From assembly GCA_963715985.1 (NCBI GenBank), contig CAVQSP010000014.1:416001-480000 (forward strand): 64,000 nt of DNA, written 5' to 3'. The notes under the pieces were generated by a model. That model saw only the letters and a list, made by a program, of their open reading frames with translations, was not told where the DNA came from and did not search any database. The stretch is from an uncultured Thermoleophilia bacterium. GTDB lineage: Bacteria > Actinomycetota > Thermoleophilia > UBA2241. Both the position numbers and the translations under genes were made by a program. This document shows, in pieces, positions 38,296 through 48,645 of this stretch. The number at the start of each line of letters is the position of its first letter. Within the stretch, counting starts at the first letter, position 1.

Positions 38296-39451
38296 GCAGG
38301 GGTACCGCGTCGATCGACTGCGCCGCCGGCGCAGCGGCAAGACGCGGCGGGTGCAGTCCTGGGTCCTCTACGTCCTCGCCGCGGTCGTGGCCTTCGGCGC
38401 CGTGCTGGGCGCGTGGTACGTCGCCACCACCTGGCTCGGGTCGTCCCCTCCGGCGAGGCCCGCGGGCTATCTCACGCTGCTCACGCTGACGGCGCCGGAC
38501 TCCGGCAAGCCGGAGGCGGCGGCGCTGGTGGTCAAGGACCCGTCGAGCGGGACGAGCGCCCTCTACGTGGTGCCCCGGGACCTCCTGCTCGAGGGGCCCA
38601 ACGGCGAGTACGTCTTCGCCGAGGATGCCATGGCAGCCGGCACACTTCAGGCCGACCTCGAGCGCGTGATCAAGGCGCCCATCGATGCGGCGTACCGGCT
38701 GCCGGCGCGAGCGCTCGGTGAGCTGGCCGGCGCGGACACGCTGCGGCTCGCGTTCACCGACCCCGCGAGCGTGCAGGCGGACGGCGCGGAGCGCAGCTTC
38801 GAGGACGGTTCCATGGTGACGACGGCGGAGCTCCCTGCGCTGTTCGCGGCCGACGGCGCCACGGGGTTCGACGCGTCGCGCGTGCAGGAGGCCCTTTGGT
38901 CGGCCGTTCTCGAAGCGGCGGCGCTGCGCCCCGAACAGGCGCTGGCGAAGGCAAGGACCGCGGCCGCGGCGCGCGCCACGGGCGACGCCGACACGTGGTA
39001 TCTGGACGAGTCGCTCAAGGCACTCACGTCCGGCGACGCCCCGGTGGCGCGCTTCCCCTCGGACTCTCGTGTGGCCGAGGGCCAGTTCGCGTTTCTCCCC
39101 AACGGCGACCAGGTGATGGCCCAGCTCACGCGCAAGGCTCCCAGCTACGCCAGCAAGTACACGGTGCAGGTGCAGAACGGCACCGGCCAGGTGGGCGTCG
39201 GCCGGGCCGTCGCCGACAGGCTCGCGGTGCTCGACGTCAACCTGCCCCCGGTGGTGAACGCGGACACCTTCGACTACCGGCAGACGCGGATCCTGGCCGG
39301 CGAGGACGCGCTGCCGGTGGCCCAGGAGGTCCGTGCTATACTCGGCCGCGGTGTCGTCCTGGACGGCGCCGACCTGCCGGCGGACACCATCGTCGTGATC
39401 GTCGGTGCCGACACCAAGCTCACTGAGCCTCCGGCAAAGGACGAGCAGTAG
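38282..39451 (+). CDS. LCP-like membrane protein with LytR C-terminal domain
   Basis: Basic N-terminus plus TM, VVPRD remnant, C-terminal VQVQNGTG...VIVG. Located in the nadD-yqeK-LCP-rsfS position. Confidence 0.7.
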   Translation: MPHAKQGYRVDRLRRRRSGKTRRVQSWVLYVLAAVVAFGAVLGAWYVATTWLGSSPPARPAGYLTLLTLTAPDSGKPEAAALVVKDPSSGTSALYVVPRDLLLEGPNGEYVFAEDAMAAGTLQADLERVIKAPIDAAYRLPARALGELAGADTLRLAFTDPASVQADGAERSFEDGSMVTTAELPALFAADGATGFDASRVQEALWSAVLEAAALRPEQALAKARTAAAARATGDADTWYLDESLKALTSGDAPVARFPSDSRVAEGQFAFLPNGDQVMAQLTRKAPSYASKYTVQVQNGTGQVGVGRAVADRLAVLDVNLPPVVNADTFDYRQTRILAGEDALPVAQEVRAILGRGVVLDGADLPADTIVVIVGADTKLTEPPAKDEQ

Positions 39452-39468
39452 CACTCGAGACTGAGCTC

Positions 39469-39814
39469 ATGACGGCCGAGATGCTGGCGCGAGAGATCGC
39501 CGCCCGCGCCGCCGACAAGAAGGCCGACGACCTGGTCGTGCTCGCCATGGGCGACGCGGTGAGCTACACCGACTTCTTCGTGCTCGCCACGGGCGCCAAC
39601 GTGCGTCAGACGCGGGCCATCGCCGACGAGATCCAGCTCAGGCTCAAGCCGCGCCGTCCCGGCACGCGTGGAAGGCGAGCGTGAGGGCGAGTGGATCCTG
39701 CTTGACTTCATCGACGTGGTCGTGCATGTATTCACACCTGCGGCGCGGGACTTCTACAGGCTCGAGGCCCTTTGGGGCGACGTGCCCCGTCTCGCGCTGG
39801 AGGTGCAGGGTTGA
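39469..39814 (+). CDS. rsfS: Ribosome silencing factor; frameshift near 39660
   Basis: [15 protein letters not shown]; shifted frame [14 protein letters not shown]...[10 protein letters not shown]. Internal TGCTATACT promoter at 39334. Confidence 0.92.
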
Positions 39815-39870
39815 GCGGCCCGGTGACGAATCCAGAGCACCAACGTCCCACGCGCCAGGAGCGGAGCGGC

Positions 39871-40374
39871 ATGCGAAGCAGACTCGTCAGGATCTTCGTG
39901 CTGGCGGCGGTGGTGCTTGCCGTCGCCGCGGCGACGGCACTGCCGGCGGCCGCCTCGACTCGCGACGACTACCGGGCCGCGATCCTGAAGCTCATCGCCG
40001 CGGAGCGGGCCCAGCACGGCCTTCCGGCCCTGCACGTGGACGCGGCTCTGAGCCGGGCGGCCCTCGGTCACGCCCGCGACATGGTCCGCCGCGACTACTT
40101 CTCGCACACGTCCCCCGGAGGGGCAGGGTGCGGCGACCGCGCGCGCCGGGCCGGGTACCGCGCCTCGGCGGTGGGCGAGGTCATCGCCGTCGGGGGGGAT
40201 TGGAAGGGCACGCCGGAACAGGTGTTCAAAGGGCTGATGAACTCTCCTTCCCACCGCGCCGTGATCCTCTGCAGCCGCTGGCGCGATGTGGGTGTGGCCG
40301 CCGTGCAGGGTCGCTACCGCGGCTTCGACGGCGCGCTCATGTACGTCGTGGACTTCGGGCGCCGCTCGCGCTGA
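39871..40374 (+). CDS. Secreted CAP/SCP-domain protein
   Basis: Signal peptide, ER..GL..L, H..DM....FSH, GE.I, MNSPSHR. Confidence 0.88.
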   Translation: MRSRLVRIFVLAAVVLAVAAATALPAAASTRDDYRAAILKLIAAERAQHGLPALHVDAALSRAALGHARDMVRRDYFSHTSPGGAGCGDRARRAGYRASAVGEVIAVGGDWKGTPEQVFKGLMNSPSHRAVILCSRWRDVGVAAVQGRYRGFDGALMYVVDFGRRSR

Positions 40375-40459
40375 GACGTCCCGGCGCGGCGTGGCGCAGC
40401 CCGCCGCCGCGCCTCCTTCCGCGTCCGTCCCGCGGTGCCCTTCACTCCCGCTCCGGTGA

Positions 40460-40507
40460 TTGCGTGTGCGTCCGCTGCGGGAGTACAATACGAACATATG
40501 TTCGTAT
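40460..40507 (+). promoter_or_regulatory. dinB promoter with LexA (SOS) box overlapping the start codon
   Basis: TTGCGT-18-TACAAT. Perfect 20-bp palindrome ATACGAACATATGTTCGTAT (40488-40507) contains CGAAC-N4-GTTCG and the ATG at 40498. Confidence 0.85.
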
Positions 40508-41742
40508 CACAGAGAGCCATCCTGCACCTCGATATGGACGCCTTCTTCGCCTCGGTCGAGCAGGCGCGGCGCCCTGAGCTGCGCGGCCTGCCGGTCGTCG
40601 TCGGCGGCGAGCGCGGCGGCCGCGGCGTGGTCTCCGCCTGCTCCTACGAGGCGCGCGTCTTCGGCGTGCACAGCGCCATGCCCATCTTCCAGGCCGAGCG
40701 CCTCTGCCCGCGCGCCGTCTTCCTGCCGGTCGACATGAAGGCCTATCTCGCCGTGCACCGCGGCGTGGTCGGGCTGCTGGGGCAGTACACCGACCTCGTC
40801 GAGGTCGCCTCCATCGACGAGGCCTACCTGGACGTCACCGGCAGCCGCCGGCTCTTCGGGCCGCCGCGGGCCATCGCCCACCGCATCCAGGAGCAGGTGT
40901 ACGACGCCCACGGCGTCACCTGCTCCATCGGCCTCGGGCCCACCAAACTGCTGGCCAAGCTGGCCGCCGGCCTCAACAAGCCGGCCGGCATCGGCGAGCT
41001 CACGGACGCCGATGTCCACGGCCGCCTGCGCGAGCTGCCCGTGGGCGAGGTCTGCGGCATCGGCCCGGTCACGCAGGAGCGGCTCGCCGCCCTGGGCCTC
41101 ACCACGGTCGGCATGCTGCAGGACGTGCCCTTCCCGCTGCTCGCGGCGGCGTTCGGACGCGGCGCCCACGGCCTGCGCCAGCTCTCCCTGGGGCGCAGTC
41201 TCTCGCCGGTGCGCAGCGAGCGGCCGCTGCCCAAGTCGGTCGGCCGCGAGGTCACCTTCGCCGACGATACCAACGACCTCGATCTGCTGCGCGCCACCCT
41301 GCTCTCACTGGCCGACAGCGCCGTCGACGAGCTGCGGCGCAAGGGCCTGGCGGCGCGCACGGTGGCGCTCAAAGTGCGCTTCAACACGTTCCACACCGTC
41401 GGCCGGCGCCGCACGCTGGCGCGCCCGGCCAGCGCCACGCGTCCCATCCACGAGGCGGCCACGGAGCTCCTCGACGAGCTCGCCGTCGGCGCCCGCTGGG
41501 TGCGGCTCGTGGGCGTGAGCCTCAGCAACCTCACGCACAACGCCTTCCAGCTCACGCTGGACGAGGGCTGGCGCGAGGTCGCCCTCGGCGAGGCGGTCGA
41601 CCGCGTGCGCGCCAAGTACGGGTTCAAGGCGCTCACCCTGGCCGGCGGCGCCCTCTCAGGGGGCCGCTACGCACACCCCAGCCCGGCTCTCGCCTTCCAC
41701 CCCGGCGGGCCGGGCTCGGTCGCGCTCACGCACGGCACGTAG
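40498..41742 (+). CDS. dinB: DNA polymerase IV (Y family)
   Basis: ILHLDMDAFFASVE, SYEAR, SIDEAYLD, KLLAKLA, KP.G. Confidence 0.95.
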   Translation: MFVSQRAILHLDMDAFFASVEQARRPELRGLPVVVGGERGGRGVVSACSYEARVFGVHSAMPIFQAERLCPRAVFLPVDMKAYLAVHRGVVGLLGQYTDLVEVASIDEAYLDVTGSRRLFGPPRAIAHRIQEQVYDAHGVTCSIGLGPTKLLAKLAAGLNKPAGIGELTDADVHGRLRELPVGEVCGIGPVTQERLAALGLTTVGMLQDVPFPLLAAAFGRGAHGLRQLSLGRSLSPVRSERPLPKSVGREVTFADDTNDLDLLRATLLSLADSAVDELRRKGLAARTVALKVRFNTFHTVGRRRTLARPASATRPIHEAATELLDELAVGARWVRLVGVSLSNLTHNAFQLTLDEGWREVALGEAVDRVRAKYGFKALTLAGGALSGGRYAHPSPALAFHPGGPGSVALTHGT

Positions 41743-41754
41743 ACGGGGCCCCTG

Positions 41755-41763
41755 TGCTAGACT
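41755..41763 (+). promoter_or_regulatory. Extended -10 for the EF-G paralogue
   Basis: TGCTAGACT; SD GAGGAG before the ATG at 41846. Confidence 0.6.
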
Positions 41764-41845
41764 TCATCCTTCCGACAGGAGACGACCGGTCTCTCGCGCG
41801 CCCGCGCGCGCGTCGCCGGCGAGACGACACACGAGGAGATCCCGG

Positions 41846-43915
41846 ATGAACGACCCAGCCAAGATCAGGAACATCGCTCTCGTCGGCCATCGCGGCACCG
41901 GCAAGTCGTCTCTGTTCGAGGCGCTGCTGTTCGACGCCGGTGCCGTCACGCGTCTGGGTTCAGTGTCCGACGGGTCCACGGTCTCCGACTGGGACGAGGA
42001 CGAGAAGAAGCGCCAGATGAGCCTCTCGGCCGGTCTGGCGCATGTGGACCGCGGCGGTCTCTCGTACAACCTCATCGATACCCCCGGCGACTCCAGCTTC
42101 CTCGCCGACGCCATCGCCGCCCTCCAGATCGTGGAGACGGCGCTCGTGGTCGTGAACTCCGTGCAGGGCGTCGAGGTGCAGACCGAGCGTCTCTGGGCGC
42201 GCGCGGAGGAGCGCGGTCTGGCCCGCGTGGTGTACTGCAACATGCTGGACCGTGAGCGCGCCGACTTCGACCACGCTCTTGACCTGCTGCATCAGTCGTT
42301 CGGCGCCCAGGTGGTCGCCGCGCAGCTGCCGGTCGGCAAGGAGCACGATTTCAGCGGCGTCGTCGACCTGCTCTCCATGAAGGCGTACATGTACCAGGGC
42401 GGCAAGGCCACGCAGACCGACGTGCCGGCCGACCTCGCCGAGGCCGCCGCTGTGGCCCGCGACAAGCTCATCGACGCCGTCGCCAGTACCAACGACGACC
42501 TTGCCGAGAAGTACCTCATGGAAGAGGAGATCACGGAGACGGAGCTCAACGCCGCCTTCGCCGCCGCCGTCGCCGCCGGCCAGCTGTTCCCCGTGGCCTG
42601 CGGTTCGGCCACCGCCAACATCGCCGTCGACCACCTCTTCGACGTCCTCGCCCTCGCCCCGTCCCCGGCCGACGAGCCGGTCCCCATGGCCATGGCCGGC
42701 GAGTCCGAGGCGCAGCTCGAGTGCGACCCGGCCAAGCCCGCCGTCGCCTTCGTCTTCAAGACGCTCGCCGACCCCTTCAGCGGCCATGTCAACGTGTTCC
42801 GCGTGTTCCAGGGCACGGTGAGCAGCGACTCGCAGCTCGCCGTGGCGCGCGACGGCCACAAGGAGCGCCTGGGCCAGCTGCTCAAGACCATGGGCAAGGA
42901 GAACAAGCCCACGGACAAGCTCGTGGCCGGAGACATCGGCGCCATCGCCAAGCTCAAGGACGTCGTCACCGGCGACACCCTCTGCGAGAGCAGCTTGATC
43001 AGCTTCCCCGCGATCGCCTTCCCGGCGCCGCTCATGAGCTTCGCGATCACGGCCAAGAGCAAGGGCGAGGAGGACAAGGTCATCACCGCCCTCCGTCGCC
43101 TCTCGGAAGAGGATCCCATGCTCGAGGTGCACCGCGATGACCAGACCGGCGAGATGATCGTCGGCGGCATGAGCCAGGTGCACGTCGAGGTCACCGTGGA
43201 GCGCATGAAGCGCCGCTTCGGCGTGGAGGTCGAGCTCAAGCCGCCGCGTGTGCCGTACCGCGAGACCGTCAAGGCCTCGGCCAAGGCGGAAGGCAAGCAC
43301 AAGAAGCAGACCGGCGGCCGTGGCCAGTTCGCCGACACGTGGATGGAGGTAGGCCCGCAGCCGCGCGGCGTCGGGTTCGAGTTCGTCGACAAGATCGTCG
43401 GCGGTGCCATCCCGCGCAACTTCATCCCCGCCGTGGAGAAGGGCGTTCGCGCCGCCATGGCCGAGGGCTTCCTCGCCGGCTACCCCGTGGTCGACGTGCG
43501 GGTCGAGCTGTACGACGGCAAGTTCCACCCCGTGGACTCCAGCGACATGGCCTTCCAGATCGCCGGCTCCCTCGGCTTCAAGGCCGCGGCCGAGAAGGCC
43601 CAGCCCGTGCTCCTCGAGCCCATCATGAACGTGGAGATCACCGTGCCGGAGGAGAGCGTCGGCGACATCATCGGCGACCTCAACTCGCGCCGCGGCCGGG
43701 TGCTCGGCACAACGCCGCGCGGCCACTCCAACGTGGTCGGCGCCGAGGTGCCGCTCGCCGAGATGCTCAGCTACGCCCCGGACCTCACCTCAATGACCGG
43801 CGGACGCGGCGACTACCACATGGAGTTCCTGCGCTACGAAGAAGTGCCGGCCCACATGGCGCAGAAGGTCATCGACCAGGCCAAGGCCGAGAAGGAAGAG
43901 GCGCAGAAGAGCTGA
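41846..43915 (+). CDS. fusA2: Elongation factor G paralogue (EF-G2 type)
   Basis: IRNIALVGH, DTPG, VPYRET, KKQTGGRGQF, HPVDSS, LLEPIM. Outside the str operon; RGITI replaced by RQMSL. Confidence 0.9.
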   Translation: MNDPAKIRNIALVGHRGTGKSSLFEALLFDAGAVTRLGSVSDGSTVSDWDEDEKKRQMSLSAGLAHVDRGGLSYNLIDTPGDSSFLADAIAALQIVETALVVVNSVQGVEVQTERLWARAEERGLARVVYCNMLDRERADFDHALDLLHQSFGAQVVAAQLPVGKEHDFSGVVDLLSMKAYMYQGGKATQTDVPADLAEAAAVARDKLIDAVASTNDDLAEKYLMEEEITETELNAAFAAAVAAGQLFPVACGSATANIAVDHLFDVLALAPSPADEPVPMAMAGESEAQLECDPAKPAVAFVFKTLADPFSGHVNVFRVFQGTVSSDSQLAVARDGHKERLGQLLKTMGKENKPTDKLVAGDIGAIAKLKDVVTGDTLCESSLISFPAIAFPAPLMSFAITAKSKGEEDKVITALRRLSEEDPMLEVHRDDQTGEMIVGGMSQVHVEVTVERMKRRFGVEVELKPPRVPYRETVKASAKAEGKHKKQTGGRGQFADTWMEVGPQPRGVGFEFVDKIVGGAIPRNFIPAVEKGVRAAMAEGFLAGYPVVDVRVELYDGKFHPVDSSDMAFQIAGSLGFKAAAEKAQPVLLEPIMNVEITVPEESVGDIIGDLNSRRGRVLGTTPRGHSNVVGAEVPLAEMLSYAPDLTSMTGGRGDYHMEFLRYEEVPAHMAQKVIDQAKAEKEEAQKS

Positions 43916-44033
43916 CGGCAGCCCGGACGCTGCACAAAACTCCCCGCAAAGGTGAGCATTCCGCGGGGTCCGTACGCTGGTGGACCTGTGTCGCCGAGCG
44001 GTAGAATCAACGCAGTATCAGACGGAGGTCCCA

Positions 44034-44918
44034 GTGGCTGACATCGGCACGATGCGTGTGAAGAGCGGCCTCGCCGACATGCTCAAGGGCGGGGTCATCA
44101 TGGACGTCACCAACGCCGAGCAGGCCAAGATCGCCGAGGACGCCGGGGCCTGCGCGGTCATGGCGCTGGAGCGCGTGCCCTCCGACATCCGCGCCCAGGG
44201 CGGCGTGGCGCGCATGGCCGACCCTACGAAGATCCGTGAGATCCAGGAGTGCGTCTCCGTCCCGGTCATGGCCAAGGCCCGCATCGGTCACTTCGTCGAG
44301 GCGCAGATCCTGCAGTCTCTCGAGGTCGACTACGTCGACGAGAGCGAGGTGCTCACGCCGGCGGACGAGGCCAACCACATCAACAAGTGGAAGTTCAACG
44401 TGCCGTTCGTGTGCGGCGCCGTCAACCTCGGTGAGGCGCTGCGCCGCATCAGCGAGGGCGCCGCCATGATCCGCACCAAGGGTGAGGCCGGCACCGGCGA
44501 CGTCGTCGAGGCGGTGCGCCACATGCGCACCATCATGGGCGAGATCCGGCGCCTGCAGACGCTGGACGAGGACGAGCTCTTCGTCGCCGCCAAGACCCTG
44601 CCGGCGCCCTACGAGCTCGTCAAGTGGGTCGCCGAGAACGGCAAGCTGCCCGTCGTGAACTTCAGCGCCGGCGGCATCGCGACCCCTGCCGACGCCGCGC
44701 TCATGATGCAGCTCGGCGCCGAGGGCGTGTTCGTGGGCTCCGGCATCTTCAAGAGCGAGGATCCGCAGAAGCGCGCCAACGCCATCGTCAAGGCGGTCAC
44801 CAACTACCGGGACGCCGCCATCCTCGCCGAGGTCTCCGTGGGTCTCGGCGACGCCATGCCGGGTATCGACGCGGCGCGCCTGCCCGCCGAGGCCAAGATC
44901 CAGCATCGCGGCTGGTGA
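44034..44918 (+). CDS. pdxS: Pyridoxal 5'-phosphate synthase lyase subunit
   Basis: [49 protein letters not shown] -10 at 44002. Confidence 0.97.
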   Translation: MADIGTMRVKSGLADMLKGGVIMDVTNAEQAKIAEDAGACAVMALERVPSDIRAQGGVARMADPTKIREIQECVSVPVMAKARIGHFVEAQILQSLEVDYVDESEVLTPADEANHINKWKFNVPFVCGAVNLGEALRRISEGAAMIRTKGEAGTGDVVEAVRHMRTIMGEIRRLQTLDEDELFVAAKTLPAPYELVKWVAENGKLPVVNFSAGGIATPADAALMMQLGAEGVFVGSGIFKSEDPQKRANAIVKAVTNYRDAAILAEVSVGLGDAMPGIDAARLPAEAKIQHRGW

Positions 44919-44930
44919 GAGAGAGCCCCC

Positions 44931-45671
44931 ATGAACGCCGGTAGCGGCACCCGCCGGCTCGACTGGATCCTCTCTCCCGAGCCCAGTCACGACCCGCGGG
45001 GTCCGGGCGCCGGCCTCACCGTCGGCGTGCTCGCCCTCCAGGGCGACTTCCGCGAGCACCGCGTGGCCCTGGAGAAGCTCGGCGTGCTCACCCGCGAGGT
45101 GCGCCTGCCGGAGCAGCTGGTCGGGCTGGACGGTCTGGTCATCCCCGGCGGCGAGAGCACCACCATGAGCAAGCTCATGCACGCATACGAGCTGGCCGAC
45201 CCCATCGCCGCCTTTCACGGCGGCGGCGGCGCCGTGTTCGGCACCTGCGCGGGTCTCATCATCGTGTCCCGCGACACGGTGGAGGGCATGCCGCCCACGC
45301 TGGGCCTCCTGGACGTCGTCGCGCGGCGCAACGCGTTCGGGCGCCAGGTGCGCAGCTTCGAGGCCGACCTGGAGGTCCAAAGCGTGGACGGGGGGCCCGT
45401 GCGCGCCGTCTTCATCCGCGCCCCGTGGATCGAGAGCGCGGGGCCGCAGGTGGAGGTCCTCGCGACGTGCGAGGGCCGCGCGGTCGCCGCTCGCCAGGGG
45501 CGCGTGCTGGTCACGGCGTTCCACCCCGAGCTCACCGCCGACACGCGAGTGCACGAGCTGTTCATCGAGCTGATCCGCCGGCAGGGCGTGGCGGGCGACC
45601 CGGAGGGTGCGGCGCGGCCGCGCGCTGCCGGCGAGCCCGGCCGGACTGTCGCGGCGCCAGTCAACTGCTGA
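44931..45671 (+). CDS. pdxT: PLP synthase glutaminase subunit
   Basis: GVLALQGDF, PGGEST, GTCAG, RNAFGRQ, FIRAP, FHPE. Confidence 0.96.
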   Translation: MNAGSGTRRLDWILSPEPSHDPRGPGAGLTVGVLALQGDFREHRVALEKLGVLTREVRLPEQLVGLDGLVIPGGESTTMSKLMHAYELADPIAAFHGGGGAVFGTCAGLIIVSRDTVEGMPPTLGLLDVVARRNAFGRQVRSFEADLEVQSVDGGPVRAVFIRAPWIESAGPQVEVLATCEGRAVAARQGRVLVTAFHPELTADTRVHELFIELIRRQGVAGDPEGAARPRAAGEPGRTVAAPVNC

Positions 45672-45687
45672 GAGAGGAGGGGTCCTC

Positions 45688-46437
45688 GTGTCCGGGCACT
45701 CCAAATGGGCCACCATCAAGCACAAGAAGGGCAAGACCGACGCCAGGCGCGGCAAGCTGTTCTCCAAGCTCTCGCGCGCCATCACAGTAGCCGCCCGTGA
45801 GGGCGGGTCCGACCCGACCATGAACATCTCGCTGGCCAACGCCATCGAGAAGGCCAAGGCCGAATCCATGCCCAAGGACAACATCGAGCGCGCCATCCAG
45901 CGCGGCGGCGGCGGCGCCGACGGCGAGACCTACGAGCACATCCTCTACGAGGGCTACGGCCCGGCCGGCGTGGCCATCATCGTCGAGGTGCTCACCGACA
46001 ACAAGAACCGTTCGGCCGCCGAGGTGCGCAATATCTTCTCCAAGCACGGCGGCCAGCTCGCGCAGCCGGGCGCGGTGGCCTGGGTCTTCGAGCGGCGCGG
46101 CTCCATCATGGTGGACGGCAGCAGGTTCGCCGAGGACGACATCATGACGGCCGCCATCGAGGCGGGCGCCGAGGACGTCGTGCAGGACGGCGACCAGTTC
46201 GACGTGCTCACGCAGCCGGCCGACTTCGCGGCCGTGCGGGACGCCATGGCGGCCGCGGGCATCGAGTTCGAGCAGGCCGAGCTCACGATGATCCCGAAGA
46301 ACACCGTCAAGCTCGAGGAGAACGACGCGCGCAAGACCATGAAGATCGTCGACGCGCTCGAAGACAGCGACGACGTACAGGAGGTCTTCGCCAACTTCGA
46401 CATCCCCGAGGACGTCCTCGAAAGCCTGGCCGAGTAA
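45688..46437 (+). CDS. yebC: YebC/PmpR-family protein
   Basis: SGHSKWATIKHKK, YEGYGPAG, TDNKNR. Confidence 0.95.
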   Translation: MSGHSKWATIKHKKGKTDARRGKLFSKLSRAITVAAREGGSDPTMNISLANAIEKAKAESMPKDNIERAIQRGGGGADGETYEHILYEGYGPAGVAIIVEVLTDNKNRSAAEVRNIFSKHGGQLAQPGAVAWVFERRGSIMVDGSRFAEDDIMTAAIEAGAEDVVQDGDQFDVLTQPADFAAVRDAMAAAGIEFEQAELTMIPKNTVKLEENDARKTMKIVDALEDSDDVQEVFANFDIPEDVLESLAE

Positions 46438-46482
46438 CACGGCAGCGGCCGGCCACAGGCGCGGACGACGGGGGGAGCGCAC

Positions 46483-46998
46483 ATGATCGTCCTGGGGTTC
46501 GACCCCGGCACGGCGAGCACCGGCTGGGGCGTCATCGAGCAGAACGGCAACCGCCTGCGCTCACTCGGCCACGGCTGCATCGTCACGTCGGCCAAGGACC
46601 CCACGCACACGCGCCTGCGCCAGATCCACGACCAGGCGCGCGGGCTCATCAAGCGCTTCTCCCCGGACATCGTGGTGCTCGAGGAGCTCTTCGTGAACGT
46701 CAACGTCAAGACGGCGCTCGCCGTCGGCCAGGCCAAGGGTGTGCTGTACCTGGCCGCCTCGGACCTGCCCGCGGCTCCCGCCGAGTACTCACCGCTGCAG
46801 ATCAAGCTCGCCGTCACCGGGTACGGACGCGCCAGCAAGGTGCAGGTCCAGGAGATGACCAAGGTCATCCTGGGGCTCGAGCGCATCCCACAGCCGGATC
46901 ACGCCGCGGACGCCCTGGCGGTGGCCATCACCCACACCCACCACAACAGCGAGGCGTTCAACGCGGCCCTGCGGCGGGCCCCGGGCAGGCGGCCGTGA
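46483..46998 (+). CDS. ruvC: Holliday junction resolvase
   Basis: LGFDPG, TGWGVI, GYGRASK.QV, DHAADALAVA. Confidence 0.95.
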   Translation: MIVLGFDPGTASTGWGVIEQNGNRLRSLGHGCIVTSAKDPTHTRLRQIHDQARGLIKRFSPDIVVLEELFVNVNVKTALAVGQAKGVLYLAASDLPAAPAEYSPLQIKLAVTGYGRASKVQVQEMTKVILGLERIPQPDHAADALAVAITHTHHNSEAFNAALRRAPGRRP

Positions 46999-47600
46999 TC
47001 GCCTCCGTGCGCGGCGCGCTGCGGCAGCTGGACGGCGAGCGCGCCGTCATCGAGGTCGGCGGCTTCGGCATCGAGGTGCTCGCCTCGGGGCGCACTTTGG
47101 GCTCGCTCTCCGGTCGCCTCGGGGATGAGGTGGCACTGCAGACGTACCTGCACGTACGCGAGGACGCCCTGCAGCTCTTCGGGTTCACGTCCGCGAGGGA
47201 GCGCACCTTCTTCCTCTGGCTCATCGGCGTCAGCGGAGTGGGGCCCAAGGTCGCGCTCGCGGTGCTGTCCGGGTACCCCGTGGAGGACCTGGAACTGGCG
47301 GTGGCGCGCGACGACGTCAAGAAGTTCGAGAGCATCCCCGGCATCGGCAAGAAGCTCGCCCAGCGGCTCGTGGTGGAGCTCGGCGACAAGGTGGGGGAGC
47401 TGCCGCCGGTGGGCGCCGCTGAGGCCGGCGGTACCGGCGGTCCGGCTCCGTCCGACTCCTTCCTCGCCGCGCGCTCGGCGCTCCAGAACCTGGGCCTCAC
47501 GTTGCGCGAGGCCGAAGAGGCTCTGCGCGGCGCGCCCGAGGGCGCGTCGCTTGAAGACCTCGTCAAGTTCGCGCTCACGCGGGACGGGGGCAAGACGTGA
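46995..47600 (+). CDS. ruvA: Holliday junction branch migration protein
   Basis: [27 protein letters not shown]. Confidence 0.95.
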   Translation: MIASVRGALRQLDGERAVIEVGGFGIEVLASGRTLGSLSGRLGDEVALQTYLHVREDALQLFGFTSARERTFFLWLIGVSGVGPKVALAVLSGYPVEDLELAVARDDVKKFESIPGIGKKLAQRLVVELGDKVGELPPVGAAEAGGTGGPAPSDSFLAARSALQNLGLTLREAEEALRGAPEGASLEDLVKFALTRDGGKT

Positions 47601-48634
47601 GCCCGCGCCCGGACCGCATCGGCGACCCGGTGGAGCGCGCCGACGACCGCGACCTCGAGCTCGGCCTGCGGCCGCGCCGCTTCGCCGACTTCGTCGGCCA
47701 GCGCGCGGCCAAGGAGCAGCTCGAGATCTTCGTGCAGGCGGCCCGCAACCGCGGCGACACCCTCGACCACGTGCTCATCGCCGGACCTCCGGGCCTCGGC
47801 AAGACCACCCTCGCCGGCATCATCGCCACCGAGCTCGGCGTGGGCATGCACACCACCTCGGGGCCGGCGCTGGAGCGCAAGGTGGACGTCGCCGGGCTGC
47901 TCACCAATCTGCAGGAGGGCGACGTCCTCTTCGTCGACGAGATCCACCGCCTCAACGCCGCGGTCGAGGAGGTCCTCTATCCGGCCATGGAGGACTACGA
48001 GATCGACATCATGATCGGCGAGGGCCCCGCGGCACGCAGCATCCGCATGCAGGTACAGCCGTTCACGCTCATCGGGGCCACCACGCGCACCGGCCTGCTC
48101 ACCACACCGCTACGCGACCGCTTCGGCGTCTGGCAGCGCCTCGAGTACTACGAGATCGAGGAGCTCGCGCGCATCGTCCGGCGCTCCGCCGGCATCCTGG
48201 GCGTGACCATCGACGACGAGTCCGCCCTCGAGATCGCCGGGCGCTCACGCGGCACACCGCGTGTCGCCAACCGTCTGCTGAGGCGCGTGCGCGACTACGC
48301 CGAGGTGCGCCATGACGGCGTCATCGAGGTCCCCATCTGTCTGGACGCCCTCAAGCTCTTCCAGGTGGACGCAGAAGGGCTGGACAAGCTCGACCGCGAC
48401 ATCCTCTGTGCCATCGCGCAGAAGTTCGACGGCGGTCCGGTGGGTCTCGACACGCTCGCGGTCGCGCTCGGCGAGGAGGCCGACACGGTGATGGACGTCT
48501 ACGAGCCCTACCTGATCATGCAGGGCTTTCTCAAGCGCACGCCGCGCGGGCGCGTGCTCACGCGCTCGGGCTTCGCTCACTGCGGTCTCACTCCGCCGAC
48601 GGGTGCGGCCGGCACGTTGTTCGACGAGGCATAG
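47597..48634 (+). CDS. ruvB: Holliday junction DNA helicase
   Basis: [38 protein letters not shown]. Confidence 0.97.
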   Translation: MSPRPDRIGDPVERADDRDLELGLRPRRFADFVGQRAAKEQLEIFVQAARNRGDTLDHVLIAGPPGLGKTTLAGIIATELGVGMHTTSGPALERKVDVAGLLTNLQEGDVLFVDEIHRLNAAVEEVLYPAMEDYEIDIMIGEGPAARSIRMQVQPFTLIGATTRTGLLTTPLRDRFGVWQRLEYYEIEELARIVRRSAGILGVTIDDESALEIAGRSRGTPRVANRLLRRVRDYAEVRHDGVIEVPICLDALKLFQVDAEGLDKLDRDILCAIAQKFDGGPVGLDTLAVALGEEADTVMDVYEPYLIMQGFLKRTPRGRVLTRSGFAHCGLTPPTGAAGTLFDEA

Positions 48635-48645
48635 GCCGGCCGGTC

